Source of the DNA: Oligoflexia bacterium | GTDB lineage: Bacteria; Bdellovibrionota; UBA1018 | Assembly (NCBI GenBank): GCA_014378465.1 | Contig: JACMNQ010000057.1 | Span: 134,103 to 198,102 of the forward strand | Direction: 5' to 3' | DNA: 64,000 nucleotides | Notes under the pieces: generated by a model | What the model was told of the DNA's origin: nothing | Database searches by the model: none | The model's input: only the letters and a program-made list of their open reading frames with translations | Part shown: one piece after another, positions 47,206 through 56,081 of the stretch | Layout of the letters: every line of letters starts with the position of its first letter | How positions within the stretch are numbered: position 1 is the stretch's first letter | Translations under genes and position numbers: made by a program

Positions 47206-48018
47206 TCAGAAAGATTTCATGGGCTGCTGCTGAATTGCGGACTGAATCATGTTGAAGGCGATGTCATGATCGAGCCCATCCGAATCCGAAAGACCCAGTT
47301 TGCCTCTCCAGCTCTCAGGCGCCTCGGGATGAGGAGCGGAGAGAATCATGAGACCGTTGCCGGCCCAGGCCTGAGCGATCGCCGGCTGTCCGGTGTCTCC
47401 GTAGCGCGCGATGACGCCGCCTGGAAACTCGGGCAGGGTGGGTCCACCCCACCACACCAGATTGCGCTTCGTACCGTCGGAGAGATTCACGGATACCATG
47501 GCAGTGTCCGTCCCTTCATCCTCAAGATGGTAGTAAGGCAAAGTCGGTTGAGCGATGAGAGAGAAGCCCCATTTCGTGTCCGGACTGATCGCAATGAAAG
47601 CGCCGGCACAGAAGCCCACGAAGCCGACTCCGCGTTCCTTGACGGCTGCCTGGATGTTCCGGCGCGTCGAAGCCTTGAGACTGTCACTCATCTGCCCCGC
47701 GTATCCGCCGGGCCAGACGATCGCGCCAAAAGTGGCGAGTTCCTCCACGGTCATCTGATCCATTTGGGACGAATTCCTGATGACGCTGGACAGGCCATGG
47801 GCATCCGCGATCGTCTGCAGCGATTCAGCGTCACCATAGGCAGTAGCAGAGCCCTGAAAGATCAGAATGTCCGTCTTGAAAGCGGTATGCGACACCTGCG
47901 GGCGGCTCGTCTGAACACTGCTTGAAATCTCACCTGCGTCGGCGCTGGAAGCGGATGAGCCACATCCGGTGAGTACGAAAACGGAAGCCACGATTGCGGG
48001 CAACAGGAATTTGACCAC
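47206..48018 (-). CDS. BPL-N (class I glutamine amidotransferase-like) lipoprotein
   Basis: Lipobox LTGC; WPGG, GFCAGAF nucleophile elbow and HPE. Confidence 0.8.
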   Translation of the reverse strand: MVKFLLPAIVASVFVLTGCGSSASSADAGEISSSVQTSRPQVSHTAFKTDILIFQGSATAYGDAESLQTIADAHGLSSVIRNSSQMDQMTVEELATFGAIVWPGGYAGQMSDSLKASTRRNIQAAVKERGVGFVGFCAGAFIAISPDTKWGFSLIAQPTLPYYHLEDEGTDTAMVSVNLSDGTKRNLVWWGGPTLPEFPGGVIARYGDTGQPAIAQAWAGNGLMILSAPHPEAPESWRGKLGLSDSDGLDHDIAFNMIQSAIQQQPMKSF

Positions 48019-48192
48019 TCAGTCTCCTTTGACAACGATTTGTGAAGCCAGAAGCGTAGTGAACTTTGCAATGAACCGTCAAACTCTTTTCAGCGGACAA
48101 CCCTGCATTTCTGAGGTCGTCCGCTTCGATGCGGGTTTAAATGGATCTTATAGAAAATTGACTGAACCCGGTCGCTCCCTTAGAATCGGGGC

Positions 48193-49125
48193 ATGACTCA
48201 ACTTTACTGCTCTCGACTCTGGACCACGGGACTTCTGACCATTCTCAGCATAGTTGGCTGCAGCACTGCACCTGCTCCGGTTCCGGTTCAGGAAGGTCTG
48301 CCTTTGCATGTGTGGGCCGAAGTGACGACCCCCAGATCCGGACCTGCCAATTCCATTGGATCCCCTTCGGCGGGATGTCTGGCCGGAGGAGTCACGCTTC
48401 CACCCGATGGGCCAGGTTTTGAAATGATGCGACTCACTCGGAGACGGTTTTATGGGCATCCGTCGTTGATCTCCTTTTTGCAGAACTACGGCTCGAAACT
48501 GAAGAAGCAGCAACTCGGCCCCGTCCTCGTGGGAGACCTCGGCCAACCTCGGGGTGGCCCGATGCCTTCGGGACACCAGAGCCATCAGAGCGGACTCGAC
48601 GTCGACCTCTGGTACTGGCATCCGGCGGATCTCAAGAACCGGAATCTGACTCTCGACGAACGTGAACAGCTCGCCGCACTTTCAGTGCTGACCCCGTCTC
48701 CGTATCCGGCGTCGCCGTCGCTTGCAACCGCGAACACTCCTGCGGTCTCTTCGGAACTGTTCACTGCCGAGCAGATCCAGTTTCTGAAAACCGCCGCGGC
48801 CTTTCCGGATGTGGACCGGATCTTCGTCAACCCGAACATCAAAAAGTACCTCTGTGAGCGCGAAAAGAATCCTGCAGACCGTGAGTGGCTCCACAAGCTC
48901 AGACCCTGGTGGGGGCATGACGATCATTTTCATGTTCGCTTGAACTGCCCACTGGACAGCACGGACTGCATCCCGACCGCAAAGATCGAAGAAGGTTCAG
49001 GCTGCGGCACCACGCTGGATTGGTGGTTCACTGCCGAGGCTGCGCAACCTCCCGCCTTGCTGGAACCGGAAAAACCTAGGGAGCTGGTTCTTCCGCTGGC
49101 TTGCCAGGTGATCGGAGAATCGTGA
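48193..49125 (+). CDS. mepA: Penicillin-insensitive murein endopeptidase
   Basis: IG...AGCL.G, R.YGHP, GD...PRGG.M..GH.SHQ.GLDVD.W and RPWWGHDDHFHVRL.CP. Confidence 0.93.
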   Translation: MTQLYCSRLWTTGLLTILSIVGCSTAPAPVPVQEGLPLHVWAEVTTPRSGPANSIGSPSAGCLAGGVTLPPDGPGFEMMRLTRRRFYGHPSLISFLQNYGSKLKKQQLGPVLVGDLGQPRGGPMPSGHQSHQSGLDVDLWYWHPADLKNRNLTLDEREQLAALSVLTPSPYPASPSLATANTPAVSSELFTAEQIQFLKTAAAFPDVDRIFVNPNIKKYLCEREKNPADREWLHKLRPWWGHDDHFHVRLNCPLDSTDCIPTAKIEEGSGCGTTLDWWFTAEAAQPPALLEPEKPRELVLPLACQVIGES

Positions 49126-49504
49126 GAAGTTTCTCAAAATCATAAGGACGAGTCAGAAACCTTGAATTTTCGCTCAAGGCTTTCGAAGCCAGGGCGTCGG
49201 GCGTGAGGTCTGTGATGAGCACGCGTGGAATGGAGGATAATTCCGGGTCAGCGCTCAGAATGCCTTCCGCTTCAAATTCATCCATGTCTTCAAAAACCAG
49301 ATCAATGAGAATGACTTCTGGCCGCTGCTCGCCCGCGCTCTCCCGGGCCATCTGCAAGCCGTAGCTTCCAAAAGGTGCACACTGGACTTCATAGAGCGGA
49401 CTCAATCGAGTTTCGTAGACTTCGAGTTTTTCCCAATCATCGACAATGGCCAGAAGCTTTTTTTTCACGTTTTCAGCATCCCTCGGCGACCCAACCCATG
49501 TCAA
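49076..49504 (-). CDS. Atypical single-domain response regulator
   Basis: IVDD, P.VILID and FLTRPYD (R in place of the conserved K); start uncertain. Confidence 0.7.
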   Translation of the reverse strand: MTWVGSPRDAENVKKKLLAIVDDWEKLEVYETRLSPLYEVQCAPFGSYGLQMARESAGEQRPEVILIDLVFEDMDEFEAEGILSADPELSSIPRVLITDLTPDALASKALSENSRFLTRPYDFEKLLTILRSPGKPAEEPAP

Positions 49505-49540
49505 AGTTTACAAGCCGCGAAAAAGAGGTAAAGTCAGGCT

Positions 49541-50275
49541 ATGAAACTCACTTCCCGCTTTTACCTGAGCATTCTCTTCAGTTTCGCCTTCAGTGCCTTC
49601 TCCTCTTTTCCAGGCGACTTCGCTCAAGCTTCTGATCGACTGATCACCGTGACGGGTACCTGTCACCGCATGATCACCCCGGATCGGGCTTCCGTCATTC
49701 TCACGGCTGAGGATCAGAACAAGGATCTCAAGATCGCGTCACAGAAGGCTTCTGAAACCTATGCAAGGGTCAGAACCGCGGTACAGAAACTCGGCCTCGA
49801 AGCCGTCGAACTGAAAACGGTGGAGTACTCCTTGAACGCGGTTCGAGAGTGGGTCAAGGACCGAGAAGTCATGAAGGGCTACAAAGCCCGGATCGGCCTC
49901 AGTGTCTCCACTTCGCAAACTCAACGCCTGGGCGAAGTTCTGGCGATCGCGGCGCGTGAGGAAATCAGGGACATTGGAAAACTCAGCGCTTACCTTTCAG
50001 ACGACAGACTGCAGTCTGAGCAATTTGCCTGCCTGAAAAGCGCGGCCGAAAATGCTCGCGCAAAAGCCGACCGACTCGCGGCTTCACTGAACGTCCACGT
50101 CGGAGAAACGGTGAGCGTCAACGAAGGCGTTCCTCCCCCTCCCAATCCTCCCACGCCGATGATGAGTGAGACCATGAACTTCAAATCTTCCATGCGAGAA
50201 ATGGCGCCACCGTCGATCGAAGCGGGACAGCAGCCCCTGTCCCTGACCGTCCTGGTCACTTTCAGCCTCAGATGA
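49541..50275 (+). CDS. SIMPL/DUF541 domain periplasmic protein
   Basis: ITVTG......PD, A..NA..KA..LA..L and terminal V.VTF. Confidence 0.85.
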   Translation: MKLTSRFYLSILFSFAFSAFSSFPGDFAQASDRLITVTGTCHRMITPDRASVILTAEDQNKDLKIASQKASETYARVRTAVQKLGLEAVELKTVEYSLNAVREWVKDREVMKGYKARIGLSVSTSQTQRLGEVLAIAAREEIRDIGKLSAYLSDDRLQSEQFACLKSAAENARAKADRLAASLNVHVGETVSVNEGVPPPPNPPTPMMSETMNFKSSMREMAPPSIEAGQQPLSLTVLVTFSLR

Positions 50276-51135
50276 TCGAACTCGTTCTCGCTTCTTTCAT
50301 CTGGGCGTTTTCCTTTGGACTGATCAAGACCCAGTTGCACGGTCTCAACTCCTTTGCCGTGGCTGGCGTGCGTCTGGCACTGTCTTTTCTCGTCTTTCTT
50401 CCATTTGCAAAGTGGCCTCGCGGCGGCAGTGGCTCTGCGTCTCAGCAGATTTCAAAATGGATGGCAATCGGGACGATCCAGTTCGGTCTGATGTACACGC
50501 TCTACATGAAAAGTTTTGAGTACCTGCAGGCACACGAAGTCGCGGTCCTCACGATCACGACCCCATTGATGGTCGTCTTGATCAATGCCGCCCTGGAGAA
50601 GAAGTTGAGACTCACTCATCTTCTCTCGGCATCACTGGCCATTGCAGCGGGCCTCATCCTCATGATGAAGCAGGCGTTTTCAGGCACTCTTTTGCTCGGA
50701 GTGCTGCTGGTGCAGGGATCCAATCTGTTTTTTGCGGCAGGCCAATTGCTTTACCGCCGCGCCGTCCCTGCGGGCTCACCCGATCTACCACACTTTGCCT
50801 GGATCTATCTCGGCGCCGCGGTGATTCCGCTCCTGGTGCTGCGAATTCAGACGGGAGTGGACCTGCACTCGTTTGAGTTTGATCAAAGGCAGTGGCTGAC
50901 GCTCCTCTATCTGGGAATATTCCCCACTGGACTCGGTTTCTATTTGTGGAACCGAGGAGCAAAAAAGGTGGAACCTGGCGTTCTGGCCGTGATGAACAAT
51001 CTGAAAATACCGCTGGGAGCCGGCGTTGCCTGGCTGGTCTTTCAGGAATCGGTCGATGCTCCGAGGATGTGCCTGAGCTTTGCGCTCTTCGTGCTGGCCC
51101 TGCACGTCTCCAATCTCGGTCCAGCGCGGAGCTGA
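50272..51135 (+). CDS. EamA/DMT transporter (YigM/BioP-like)
   Basis: IWAFSFGLIK, QFGLMY..Y, TP and GLGFYLWN.GA......LAVMNN motifs. Confidence 0.88.
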   Translation: MIELVLASFIWAFSFGLIKTQLHGLNSFAVAGVRLALSFLVFLPFAKWPRGGSGSASQQISKWMAIGTIQFGLMYTLYMKSFEYLQAHEVAVLTITTPLMVVLINAALEKKLRLTHLLSASLAIAAGLILMMKQAFSGTLLLGVLLVQGSNLFFAAGQLLYRRAVPAGSPDLPHFAWIYLGAAVIPLLVLRIQTGVDLHSFEFDQRQWLTLLYLGIFPTGLGFYLWNRGAKKVEPGVLAVMNNLKIPLGAGVAWLVFQESVDAPRMCLSFALFVLALHVSNLGPARS

Positions 51136-51142
51136 TCTCAGA

Positions 51143-51514
51143 TCACTTCAGAAACGAAGTGATGATCTTGAGAAGCTGATCGAGCTCAAACGGTTTGTAG
51201 ATGAGCTCGGAGGCTCCTTTGGAAATGGCGTTTTCACGACTCAGATCCGAAAACCCCGTCATGAAGACGACGGGAGGAGTCACTGCGTCCTGGGCCCGGA
51301 TGTTGGCGAGCAGTTCAATTCCGTCGCCATTGGGCATGCGGATGTCCGATAACACGAGATCCACTGCCTGCGACTGAAGCAGCTCAAAAGCGCGATGTCC
51401 GCTTTCCGCTTCCAGCACTTCATGACCTTCGAACTGCAACGCGAACCGAAGAATCTCACGGATCAGGGGCTCATCATCGACGATGAGGATTTTGCGGGGC
51501 TGAGTTGTGACCAT
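51143..51514 (-). CDS. Single-domain response regulator
   Basis: ILIVDDE, LSDIRMP..DG, MTG and KPF motifs. Confidence 0.92.
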   Translation of the reverse strand: MVTTQPRKILIVDDEPLIREILRFALQFEGHEVLEAESGHRAFELLQSQAVDLVLSDIRMPNGDGIELLANIRAQDAVTPPVVFMTGFSDLSRENAISKGASELIYKPFELDQLLKIITSFLK

Positions 51515-51593
51515 TTTTTCTACAAAAGCCTAAAACGCGTTCAGAGTCCATAAAATGCTCACGACTCCAGGCGTCGAATGTTATGAAGATTTC

Positions 51594-51956
51594 ATGAAAG
51601 TCGCCTTGATCGCTCATGACCGCAAGAAACTGGACATGATTGATTTCTGCCTCAAGCACCTCTCCGTCCTCCAGGCCCATCAACTCTGCGCGACGGGCAC
51701 CACGGGACTCAAAGTCGCTGAAGCCACGGGTCTGACTGTGGAAAGATTTCTCTCCGGACCTTTGGGCGGCGATCAGCAGATCGGAAGTGCCATCGCAACC
51801 GGTCACATTGATCTTCTGATCTTTCTCAGAGATCCGCTCACTTCTCACCCGCATGAGCCAGACGTTTCGGCCCTCCTCAGGCTCTGTGACGTGATCGGGA
51901 TTCCAGTGGCCACCAATGTCCGGACAGCAGAAGCGCTTGTTGCCCTCATGGCTTAA
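51594..51956 (+). CDS. mgsA: Methylglyoxal synthase
   Basis: [25 protein letters not shown] and HPHEPDV.ALLR. Confidence 0.96.
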   Translation: MKVALIAHDRKKLDMIDFCLKHLSVLQAHQLCATGTTGLKVAEATGLTVERFLSGPLGGDQQIGSAIATGHIDLLIFLRDPLTSHPHEPDVSALLRLCDVIGIPVATNVRTAEALVALMA

Positions 51957-52328
51957 AATAGCCTGAACGGATCAGTCCGCGTGGTGAGCAGTGGACGAGT
52001 GCTCATGAAACTTAAGATCGGTCGCAGGCTCAGGGAGATTTTTGGCCTGACCTGAAGCTTTTTCAGCGTCACGACTCCGAAGTGAAAGGGAGAGTGACCT
52101 GAACACTCGACTCATTTGATAGAACTGAAAACGACAAGGTAAGCCGTCAGTTTCAACCACCACCGAAACAAGAACAGTTTAGAGAATCAATTTTAACCCA
52201 TGAGTTTCGACAACTTAACAATACCCGTAAAAAATGGTCGACTTTACACTTTACTCGTTATATACACTGCGTCATAGATAGTAAATTGCCCTCTTTTGGG
52301 CTATTCGCTGATTCGGAGTTTTTCTCAT

Positions 52329-55300
52329 ATGAAGTCGATTTTTCTCCATGGCACTGCAAACGGCTCACACTCCCAAGGTTCCCACGGCTACCGGCCTGAT
52401 CTCGGCTATATCGGCAAGAAGCGAGTCAGCACGAGCAATTACCTCTTCAGCATCACTCGCCACGAATACCGAAGTCACATCCACGCCAAGGATCTCCTGA
52501 GCTCCTTCATGAAACGCTCTCCTGAAGAGCATTACATGACCAGCCAGCTCCTCACCGGCTTCGTCAAGAAGCGCGGTCTCACCTTCAGCAAGAAAACAAA
52601 GAATGGCTACCGGATCTTCACGGTCCCGGTGAGCAACACGATCGTGCCTCTGGCAAAATCCACTTTTGATACGCTCGAAAGGAATGCTCAGTCTCTGGTG
52701 CTGGCCCTGCGCTGGGTCCTTCAGAGCATCTATGGAGCGGAGAAGATCGAAGATTCCGACTTCGTCCAGTCTCTCCCCGAGTCCGTGCAGGCTCTTTTCC
52801 TGCACGCCATCCGGACCTCCCCCCAGTATTTTTCACAACTCCATCATCCGGTGATGAAGGACTACCCCTTCTTCGAAGTCGTGGGTCTCGACCTGGTTCT
52901 CGTCGGCGAATACCTGTCCCAGAACGATGCACTGTTCAAAGCCACCCCGATTCACGAACTGCCTTTCAAACTCCTTGAACTCAATGCGGGTTCGCCGTCT
53001 GGGGCTTCCAACAACATGAATGTGCTGGAAGGCCTCATGACTGTGGATCCCACGATGAAGAATCTTCAGGAACGCGTGATGCCCAACGATCACTTCAAGG
53101 TTCTTCGGGAGACTTTTGATTCCATTGGCAGGGAGTGGACTGGACGACAGGACGGCATCTCCATCATTCTGCCTCCTGGCGGAGGAAACGGTGCAGCTCC
53201 AGAGATTCATCAGCTTGCGGCTTACAGCGGCATGTCCTACGTGGATCCCTCGCAACTCTACACTGCCCGTGACGGAATGCTGCGCCTGCGAACTCTGACC
53301 GGCAATGATCCCTGCGTGACCTCGATCTATTCCCGCATCAATGCGGATGCGGCCCTCTACGATCCGGAACGCGATCTCTTCATGCGCGATGCCGACAGCG
53401 GTGAAAAACTCTACCAGGAAGATTACCTGCTTCGCGACAAGGACGGCAAATGTCCTCAGGTTCTGGATCAGAACGGACAGCCCCTGCCGCTTGACTCAGT
53501 CTACGCCATCCCGAAAGCCATTGACCTGATCCACTCAAAGAAAATCTATCTCGGCGGCCTCAATCGAGTTCTTGACAACAAGCTCATCCTGTCGACGCTC
53601 ACGCACTACGCTCCCCGGTTCTACCGCCTGCGCCTGGCGATGATGGGACTCAATTCAGACAGCTTCAATCTTGTGCCACCGGAGACTCTCGCGCCCGAGC
53701 GCGCCTCGGTTGAAATCATCAAGAAGAACCCAGACGACTGGGTCGTCAAGGCCCCGAATCTTTCGGGAGGCAACGGCGTTCACATCCTGCTGACACTGCC
53801 CGAGTCACGCAAGAAGAAGATCATCCAGGAAATCGAAGCGCGTCCGTGCGACTACGCCTATCAGAGGCTCGTCAAGATCGCGCGTATCCCGGTGGCCGTG
53901 AAGGAAAAGGGCCGCGTCCGCTTCGCCAATCTTGCGGCGGATCTGCGCATGTGGGCATTCTTCGGCGCAGGCCCGAGCTTCCCGAAACCGAAACTCACGC
54001 ACAATGGACTGGTCCGGTTCGCACCCTGCGAAAAAGGTCCTCTCAGCAGCATCGTGAATACTTCAAAAGGGGGCGGTTACGCTCCCCTGCTGATCATTGA
54101 TGACGTCGGGAGCCCTGACGCCTGTTCCATTCAGGACCTGGCAAGCAAGCCTCAGACCGCCTCAAGTCCCGTGCCCGCTTTTGCCGGCGCGCAGATCGTC
54201 CAGATCGCTCGCATCGTCAAAAAGCTCGTCCAGGATCTCGACATGCCTGAGTTCACGGCATACGCGGCCCGAGAGCTCGTGCTCAGTCTCAACGCTCAGT
54301 GCGCGGAAGTGCTGTCCTTCCTCAGCCCTCGCAATATCGAACCGGTTTCCGAAATGGCCACGACACTTGAAAAGAAGATCAGTCGTGCTCATATGGCGGT
54401 TGCCTTCAGGAAGCACAAGCTGGCGCAGCTGAGACTTCTGGAAACACTCACTGAAATTGAAGCTGAACTCAGCTCAAGAAAAGCGGTCGGCTTCTTTGAT
54501 CAGATCGCGCGCCTTCACTGCCTGGGCGATGAGTACGTACTGCATCCAAAGGCGGGAGCGCTTGCCCGTGAGGATCTCGCACAGATCTCGCTGCTTCAGC
54601 AGGCGATTCTCACAGACCGCACTTTGAACCGAAACGGCGATTCAAAATCGAAACTCATGGCTCGCGCCCTTCGTCTCCTCAAGGAATTGGCCCGCGCTCA
54701 CGTCAGCTCGAAACCCCTCTCGACCAAGGCTCGTCGCGATCTCAAGATCCAGCTGGAACGCTTCTCATCGATGGCCAGAGCGGCCATGATCGGAAATGGA
54801 GAAGTCGAATTGCCCACCCTCTTCACGGAGATCAACCTGCACCGAAAGCCTCTGGCTTCGGACGTGAGCTCGGACTACAGCCCACTCTTCCCAGAAGATC
54901 AGTCCCACAAGGAAGCCTGCGTCGCGACCCTCTGGGAAATCGAAAACGGTCGAAGCCTCATGGATTCCGAATTCATTTACGGTGAACTTCAGACCGCTAG
55001 ACAAGCCTGGATGAAAGTGCGCGCGGAACTGAACCTCAGCAAATCGGCAGCACTCAGAAAAATCCAGCTTGAAAAGAGGAGACTGGAGCATTTTGAGAAT
55101 TTCCCGGTCCTTAAATCCTACCAGGCTCTGATTGACAAGCGTGAAGCCGCCACCGCGGAAGACATGATCTCGCTCCTTCCGGTGCTGCCTTACGCCCGTT
55201 ACAACATCCAGCAGTACCTGGCGCAGAAGAAACTGAGCATGAGTGAGCTCTTCACGACCGAACTCACTCACGAGCGCGTCGCCTTCATGAGCGCTCAGCA

Positions 55301-56081
55301 GCTCCGGACTTCCGGACTCAACGGCGCCCATGCGGGAGAGTGTTTAGCCAGGAAACGTGAAAGCCACGGACTTTTCTCTGAAAGTGAAATGCTCGTCTGG
55401 CTCTCGTCCGAGGCTTCACCTCTGGTCCAGGCCTACACGCTCGGCCATGAGTTGATTCATTTTCATCAGATTCAGAGTCTGATGAAGCGCGAAAGGAAAT
55501 CCATCGCGGATGGACACCTCGCTTTCGCCAACTTCCTGAATTTTTACGGCAGTCACCTGGGAACTTCCGTGAGTCCGGTCGAAAAGTTCAGCGCCAACAC
55601 GACTGAACATCGTACGGTTTTTTACGGGCTGGCTGACATCGCGGGTCTGAAACGCTTCGCAATCGTCAAGAAGCTCCTGAACAGCTACAAAGAAGGCGAA
55701 ATCAGCTTCGTTCGCACCATGCGTGCGCACGGGAGCCTTTTCGGGATGGTCCTGCCCTCCGCTTCCGCGACTCAGGTCAAGGCCGTGAGAGAAATCATTC
55801 CCTGCCTGGAGAACGCGAAGAACATCCGCTTCGCCAAGGACCTGGGACTTCGGATTGAAATCGACGAAATCCGCTCCGCGCTGCCCGCTGCGAACGCAGC
55901 ACAGCTGAAGCGTTACCGGGCCATCATCGAATCCGGCCTTCATGCTCCTGCAGCGACTCCAGAAGTGCTGCAGATCATCGGAAACCACCAGCTCTATGGT
56001 GTGAGTGCGAGCCTTGAAATTCCACAAAACCACTATCCGATCTATCTGGGCGACAGCTACAACAGTGCGCAACAACAATGA
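52329..56081 (+). CDS. Circularly permuted ATP-grasp (type 2) ligase fused to a helical region and a C-terminal HExxH domain
   Basis: GLDLV, LELN..SPSG.S, IYSR, DNK, VVK....GG.G, DLR, GL.R.A and IVNTSKGGG; LGHELIH at 55440-55460; GGAG RBS. Confidence 0.85.
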   Translation: MKSIFLHGTANGSHSQGSHGYRPDLGYIGKKRVSTSNYLFSITRHEYRSHIHAKDLLSSFMKRSPEEHYMTSQLLTGFVKKRGLTFSKKTKNGYRIFTVPVSNTIVPLAKSTFDTLERNAQSLVLALRWVLQSIYGAEKIEDSDFVQSLPESVQALFLHAIRTSPQYFSQLHHPVMKDYPFFEVVGLDLVLVGEYLSQNDALFKATPIHELPFKLLELNAGSPSGASNNMNVLEGLMTVDPTMKNLQERVMPNDHFKVLRETFDSIGREWTGRQDGISIILPPGGGNGAAPEIHQLAAYSGMSYVDPSQLYTARDGMLRLRTLTGNDPCVTSIYSRINADAALYDPERDLFMRDADSGEKLYQEDYLLRDKDGKCPQVLDQNGQPLPLDSVYAIPKAIDLIHSKKIYLGGLNRVLDNKLILSTLTHYAPRFYRLRLAMMGLNSDSFNLVPPETLAPERASVEIIKKNPDDWVVKAPNLSGGNGVHILLTLPESRKKKIIQEIEARPCDYAYQRLVKIARIPVAVKEKGRVRFANLAADLRMWAFFGAGPSFPKPKLTHNGLVRFAPCEKGPLSSIVNTSKGGGYAPLLIIDDVGSPDACSIQDLASKPQTASSPVPAFAGAQIVQIARIVKKLVQDLDMPEFTAYAARELVLSLNAQCAEVLSFLSPRNIEPVSEMATTLEKKISRAHMAVAFRKHKLAQLRLLETLTEIEAELSSRKAVGFFDQIARLHCLGDEYVLHPKAGALAREDLAQISLLQQAILTDRTLNRNGDSKSKLMARALRLLKELARAHVSSKPLSTKARRDLKIQLERFSSMARAAMIGNGEVELPTLFTEINLHRKPLASDVSSDYSPLFPEDQSHKEACVATLWEIENGRSLMDSEFIYGELQTARQAWMKVRAELNLSKSAALRKIQLEKRRLEHFENFPVLKSYQALIDKREAATAEDMISLLPVLPYARYNIQQYLAQKKLSMSELFTTELTHERVAFMSAQQLRTSGLNGAHAGECLARKRESHGLFSESEMLVWLSSEASPLVQAYTLGHELIHFHQIQSLMKRERKSIADGHLAFANFLNFYGSHLGTSVSPVEKFSANTTEHRTVFYGLADIAGLKRFAIVKKLLNSYKEGEISFVRTMRAHGSLFGMVLPSASATQVKAVREIIPCLENAKNIRFAKDLGLRIEIDEIRSALPAANAAQLKRYRAIIESGLHAPAATPEVLQIIGNHQLYGVSASLEIPQNHYPIYLGDSYNSAQQQ

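Noticed and set aside
46041-47925. 386-aa minus-strand and 291-aa plus-strand ORFs
   Set aside because: Shadows of the SDR and BPL-N genes; both cross or enter the terminator region
51960-52328. Possible riboswitch upstream of the ATP-grasp operon (GGAGA/GAAG elements reminiscent of a glycine aptamer)
   Set aside because: I could not build the conserved stems by eye; an Infernal search is needed
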